This document shows positions 61,275-64,000 of a stretch of 64,000 nucleotides of DNA, piece after piece. This DNA is from an uncultured delta proteobacterium (GTDB taxonomy: Bacteria > Desulfobacterota > RBG-13-43-22). The position numbers were made by a program, and so were the translations under genes. Every line of letters begins with the position of its first letter. The first letter of the stretch is position 1. The notes under the pieces were generated by a model. That model was not told where the DNA came from. It ran no database searches and worked only from the letters and a program-made list of their open reading frames with translations. The stretch covers positions 32,001 to 96,000 of the forward strand of contig CAVUPH010000008.1 in NCBI GenBank assembly GCA_963743305.1. Direction: 5' to 3'.

Positions 61275-62831
61275 TTAGCGCTCCTCGGATTTGGGAATAA
61301 GCACGGTGAAGGCGGACCCCTGGTTAATTTGGCTGTCTATCTGGATCTTACCCCCATGTTTTTTGACGATGCTGTAGGTGGTCGAAAGTCCCAAGCCGGT
61401 CCCTTTTTCTTTGGTGGTAAAAAAAGGGTCGAATATTTGATTGATAATGGACTGGGGGATACCGACGCCGGTATCCTTTACGGTGATCGCGACCAGGTCG
61501 GGGTCATCGTTTTTTACCCCGATGCTCAGGCGGCCCCCCTGGGGCATGGCCTGGATGGCATTGATCACCAGGTTGAGGAAAACTTGCTGCAATTGACTGA
61601 AATCGCCCATCAACCGGGCATCGGCCGACTCAGGGTTGTAATCCAGATGGACGCCGTTTAACTCCATTTCGTTCCGGGCCAGGTTGAGGGTGGAATTCAG
61701 GAGTTCCCGAACCGAAACCGGGACGAAGGTCGGTTGCCCCATCCGGGTGAAGTCCAGGAGGTTGCGAACCGTCCCGCTGGCCCGCTCGGCCTGGGTATAG
61801 ATATCCTGAAGACGTTTTCTTTTTTCCGCCTCGGAAATGGTATCCAGATCATCCATCAGGGATTCGGTGGTAATACAGATGTTATTGAGAGGATTATTCA
61901 ATTCATGGGCGATACCGGAGGTCAGGGTACCGATGGAAGCCATCTTACGGGATTGAATATATTGCTCCTGGTTTTTTTTTAATTGATCCATCATCCAGTT
62001 GATGGCCATGGCCAGCCGGGAAAATTCGTCTTTGTATTTTTTGGCCGGCTTGATGGGAGTAAAATCACCCCGGGCGATGCGTAGGGTATATTCGACAAAA
62101 CGGTTTAGGGGACGGACGATCTGCTGGGCTAAAAAATGGGTCAGGTAGGCCATAACGATCAGCAGAATGGCTAGAAAAAAGAGCGGGACCTGGCGGAATA
62201 ATTGCGTTATGGCCTCCACGTCTTTGCGTTCTTTTTCGACTAAATTGGCGGCCAGAAAAATCATTTCCGCCCCATGCTGCCGGAGTTCTCCCTCGATACT
62301 GGCCGAGGGTGCCGGGGGTTCGGTCGACGGGGTCTGGCCGACCCTCAGGCTGGTCAGCAGGCTTTCATAGCGGTTCAAATGGGCCGTCATCATATCTAAT
62401 TTTTCAGGACCGATCACTTTGGTAATATTCTCTTTTTCCTTCTTGAGGATCTCACGGGCATTCTGAATGTTTTCCAGGGCGTCCGGGAGATTGGTCCGGT
62501 AAAGAAAAAAGTTCTTTTCAAACCGGCGGGCTTGTTGGACCTCGAAGGTATAGGAATTAACGGTTTCCATGACCTTCAATTTCTGATTGATACGGGAACC
62601 CATGATCAGAAAGGTGATGCTGGCCCCGGCACTCAAGATAAACAGCAGGATAAATCCCAGAATGATCTTGGCCCGGATACTCATGGTGGGCCGGGCCGTA
62701 AGGCCCTTCTGCGCTTCGGCGAAACCGCGTTCCTCCGGCATGGGGGAATCGGACGTCCCTTCAAGAAGAGCCCCCTTTTTTTCCAGGAGATCGTCTGAAG
62801 GATCATTGGCTTTAGTGGCCCGTTGAAGCAT
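61275..62831 (-). CDS. Membrane HAMP sensor histidine kinase
   Basis: 2 TM helices, RRFEKNFFLY, AHELNNPL, NAIQA and FFTTKEKGTGLGL. Confidence 0.92.
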   Translation of the reverse strand: MLQRATKANDPSDDLLEKKGALLEGTSDSPMPEERGFAEAQKGLTARPTMSIRAKIILGFILLFILSAGASITFLIMGSRINQKLKVMETVNSYTFEVQQARRFEKNFFLYRTNLPDALENIQNAREILKKEKENITKVIGPEKLDMMTAHLNRYESLLTSLRVGQTPSTEPPAPSASIEGELRQHGAEMIFLAANLVEKERKDVEAITQLFRQVPLFFLAILLIVMAYLTHFLAQQIVRPLNRFVEYTLRIARGDFTPIKPAKKYKDEFSRLAMAINWMMDQLKKNQEQYIQSRKMASIGTLTSGIAHELNNPLNNICITTESLMDDLDTISEAEKRKRLQDIYTQAERASGTVRNLLDFTRMGQPTFVPVSVRELLNSTLNLARNEMELNGVHLDYNPESADARLMGDFSQLQQVFLNLVINAIQAMPQGGRLSIGVKNDDPDLVAITVKDTGVGIPQSIINQIFDPFFTTKEKGTGLGLSTTYSIVKKHGGKIQIDSQINQGSAFTVLIPKSEER

Positions 62832-62870
62832 CGTTCTGTTTCCGCTTAAACAATGTCACGGCCCCTTTTT

Positions 62871-63278
62871 TTATTTAGCGGGGACGACGGGGGTCAGCCC
62901 CTTAAATCCCAAGGCGTTGGCTGCCTTGACGATGACTTCGCGCAGGTCGTTGGGTTTAAAGGGTTTGGCGATAAAATCAAAAGCCCCTTTACCCATGGCC
63001 TCCCGGGCCACTTCCACGGTGGCATAGCCGGTAATCATAATGACCTTGGTGTGGTCGGATTTGGCCTTGACCTTTTCCAGGATTTCGATGCCGTCGATAT
63101 CCTCCATCCGAATATCGGTTACCACAATATCAAAGGTTTTCTCCTCGATACGTTTCAGGGCCTGATGCGGGTCTTCAAAGACCTCCACCTCCCCGCCCAT
63201 TTTAGCCAGGGCCGGTCCCAACCGTTTCCCGACGATCGGTTCATCGTCCAAGATGAGAATTTGAATTTTTTCTTCCAT
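62871..63278 (-). CDS. Stand-alone response regulator
   Basis: LDDEP, TDIRM, ITGYA and AKPF. Confidence 0.92.
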   Translation of the reverse strand: MEEKIQILILDDEPIVGKRLGPALAKMGGEVEVFEDPHQALKRIEEKTFDIVVTDIRMEDIDGIEILEKVKAKSDHTKVIMITGYATVEVAREAMGKGAFDFIAKPFKPNDLREVIVKAANALGFKGLTPVVPAK

Positions 63279-63355
63279 GGTTTTCCCTCCTTAGGGGACG
63301 ATCGAGAGGTTCTCTTCTGCTCCGCAAGCCAACCCGGTGATCGCTGTTCCTTTTT

Positions 63356-64000
63356 TCAGGACCGGGGCCGGCTGAAGGCCAAGGTCATATGAATTTTTTT
63401 CCGGGCGCTATAGGCCCGGATAACACTGGCCAGGATAACGATAACCCCTGCGAGGCCGCTGGCAAAAAGCAGATATTTACTGGCATTGTTGAACCAGGGG
63501 TCCAGACCGGGGTCCAAGGCTACCAATCCCAATTGCCGGAGATACATGGGGATGGAGATGGCCCGGCTGAGAACGCACAGGATGATAATTAGGCAGGTCA
63601 CCATTCGGATATATTTTTCATTGACCACCTTGACACCGTAGGCCCCGACATAGACCCCGATCAAAGAGCCGGACATGAGGAGCATGGTCAGACGGATATC
63701 GACAAAGCCCTCCCAGGCATAATTCAAGGCCCCAAAGGCACCCATCCACATGGCCAGATAGAGCTCCGTCCCCGCCGCCACGGCCGTGGGCACCCCGAAG
63801 ATGTAAATCATGGCCGGGACGCCGACAAAGCCCCCCACCCCGATGGTGCCGGCCAGATAGCCGGTGGCCAGTCCGACGGGGAACAACACCCACAAGGAAA
63901 CTCGGACGTCGGCCGTCTTAAAGGAAATAAAGGGGGGGATATGGAGGTTGGCCAAGTATTCGACGATTTTTCTTGAGGGACCGGCCCCTTCCTCCCCTTT
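63356..64000 (-). CDS. TSUP (TauE/SafE) family transporter, 5' end outside the window
   Basis: GTIGVGGFVGVP, AAGTEL and multiple TM helices. Confidence 0.85.
   Translation of the reverse strand, partial: KGEEGAGPSRKIVEYLANLHIPPFISFKTADVRVSLWVLFPVGLATGYLAGTIGVGGFVGVPAMIYIFGVPTAVAAGTELYLAMWMGAFGALNYAWEGFVDIRLTMLLMSGSLIGVYVGAYGVKVVNEKYIRMVTCLIIILCVLSRAISIPMYLRQLGLVALDPGLDPWFNNASKYLLFASGLAGVIVILASVIRAYSARKKIHMTLAFSRPRS

Overview
A GC-rich chromosomal window from an anaerobe, probably Desulfobacterota/Deltaproteobacteria (inferred from gene content). About 15 genes are split by single-base indels, typical of an unpolished long-read assembly, so I rejoined them by eye. In order the window holds: (1) the 3' part of a large repeat-rich surface protein with a clan GH-A glycoside hydrolase domain; (2) a GlrK/QseG/GlrR-like triad; (3) endoQ, a purD-purE fusion, a HAD hydrolase, a half-length purH, and lipBA; (4) a split TSUP transporter; (5) a metF'-hdrA-mvhD-metV-metF operon followed by ACT proteins and two-component genes; (6) an expanded sigma54-driven Orange-protein (orp) cluster with an atypical TusE/DsrC, IscU, a DsrE selenoprotein missed by the ORF track, and PrxU/Nox relics; (7) a sigma54-driven operon of a PAS kinase plus a receiver domain fused to a phage-tail-type DUF4376 domain; (8) two OrpR-like activators; (9) a NuoEFG-like plus HdrA-MvhD-wHTH (BamEFGHI-like) operon; (10) a cluster of TSUP, a PEP-synthase-like protein and multiple receivers. 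The best novelty candidates are the REC-DUF4376 signalling protein, which appears co-regulated with the orphan Bam-like electron module, and the orp cluster enlarged with sulfur-relay genes. No rRNA, tRNA, CRISPR or transposase was recognised. All family assignments come from motif recognition, not database searches.
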